DNA from: an uncultured Synergistales bacterium
GTDB taxonomy: Bacteria > Synergistota > Synergistia > Synergistales > Aminobacteriaceae
Reading direction: 5' to 3'
Length of the DNA: 59,787 nucleotides
Assembly (NCBI GenBank): GCA_937897575.1
Contig: CALCQG010000051.1
Span: 1-59,787, forward strand
Position numbers and translations under genes: made by a program
Notes under the pieces: model-generated
Database searches by the model: none
What the model saw: the letters and a program-made list of their open reading frames with translations, nothing else
Told to the model about the DNA's origin: nothing
In this document: piece by piece, positions 59,094-59,787 of the stretch
Layout of the letters: every line of letters starts with the position of its first letter
How positions within the stretch are numbered: the stretch's first letter is position 1

Positions 59094-59477
59094 TTAGCTC
59101 CGCTTTGTCTTGGGGTGTGCCGCCAGCAGGTAGTCCTTCAGCACCACCACGTGGTTGCGCTCCTCGTCCTTCGCGGCGGTGAGCAGGGTGATCCTGCCCT
59201 TCTCAGCCTCGGACCGGAGCGTTTCCATGTCCGAACCCGCCATGGCAAGCTCGGCGAGGTAGTGCTTCCTGAACTCGTCGAAGCGCTCCTTGTCCTTGTG
59301 GAACCACGTCCGAAGCTCCGTGCTCGGCGTGACGCCCTTGAGCCAGAGGTCGGCGGCGAGCCGCTCCTTCGATATGCCCCGGGGCCACAGGCGGTCCACG
59401 AAAATACGGGTGCCGTCGTCGGGGGAGGGAGCGTCATAGACCCGCTTGATCCGAATGTCCATTCTGTTTTCCTCCAT
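59094..59477 (-). CDS. DUF488/YeaO-like protein
   Basis: Motifs IKRVYD...DGTRIFVDRLWPRGISKE, PSTELRTWFH and TLLTAAKD...NH. Confidence 0.92.
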   Translation of the reverse strand: MEENRMDIRIKRVYDAPSPDDGTRIFVDRLWPRGISKERLAADLWLKGVTPSTELRTWFHKDKERFDEFRKHYLAELAMAGSDMETLRSEAEKGRITLLTAAKDEERNHVVVLKDYLLAAHPKTKRS

Positions 59478-59787
59478 GGTTGTCGAACCACTCCACGATC
59501 TCCCGCAGGCGGGCCAGGCGGTTTTTCGGCCTGCCCGACCGGCTGAGCTCGTGGTTCTCGCCTCTGAAGAGGCACAGACGGCTCTCCACGCCCAGGACCT
59601 TCATGGCGGTGAACATCTGAAAGGCCTGGTCCATCTCGCACCGGTAGTCCTCCGTGGACTGGAGGAGCAGAAGCGGCGTCCTCGCCTGGGGTGCGTACCG
59701 GAGGGGCGAGTCCCTCCAGGGCATGTCGCTCTCCCAGGGTCTGCCGCCGTGCTGGTCCTGAACGTAGTAGTACCCGATGTCGCTGCT
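59434..59787 (-). CDS. S9 family (acylaminoacyl/dipeptidyl) peptidase, C-terminal part; runs off the window end
   Basis: Motifs SDIG, SPLRYA...TPLLLLQSTEDYRC and FRGENHELSRSGRP (catalytic Asp and His). Confidence 0.9.
   Translation of the reverse strand, partial: SSDIGYYYVQDQHGGRPWESDMPWRDSPLRYAPQARTPLLLLQSTEDYRCEMDQAFQMFTAMKVLGVESRLCLFRGENHELSRSGRPKNRLARLREIVEWFDNHGGKQNGHSDQAGL

Noticed and set aside
3717..59641. Many long antisense or alternate-frame ORFs (for example 3717-5186, 21095-23542, 34815-36704, 37902-39797, 40971-43328, 54606-56258)
   Set aside because: These are shadow ORFs caused by high GC3. Each overlaps a gene with clear family motifs and has a low-complexity Arg/Gly/Pro or typical antisense composition.

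Overview
This is a GC-rich bacterial chromosomal window, most likely from an anaerobic amino-acid fermenter. A Synergistota origin is my inference from gene content only. The window opens inside a type I-C-like CRISPR array (31-nt repeat GTCGCTCCCTCACGGGAGCGTGGGTTGAAAC; no cas genes in the window). The array is split by about 2.7 kb of foreign DNA: an rlmD/rumA-3'-end-like scar, an AT-rich orphan membrane-protein gene and an IS3-family element. Next come a MATE pump, a PepD-like dipeptidase, a PHP phosphatase and a 3-gene operon built around a P1B-type ATPase homolog that has lost its catalytic motifs. These are followed by Ppx/GppA and an amidohydrolase, a solute-binding protein paired with a membrane HD-GYP protein, and umuC with a minimal umuD-like gene lacking the Ser/Lys dyad. 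A complete 9-gene V/A-type ATPase operon has subunit D first. Then come a 5'-damaged URO-D-family gene and three amide hydrolases, two of them secreted. The most interesting locus (34.9-44.8 kb) is a SARP/AAA regulator divergent from a BCCT transporter, a three-subunit xanthine-oxidoreductase-family Mo enzyme and an MIO-less 'HAL-like' lyase with ergothionase signatures. It is best read as an anaerobic ergothioneine uptake, TMA-elimination and desulfurization pathway. The window ends with IclR, a LIV-type ABC system, a Dpp/Opp ABC system, an EamA transporter, a divergent ProC-like reductase, a DUF488 protein and a partial S9 peptidase. All calls come from motif recognition by eye; no database searches were run.
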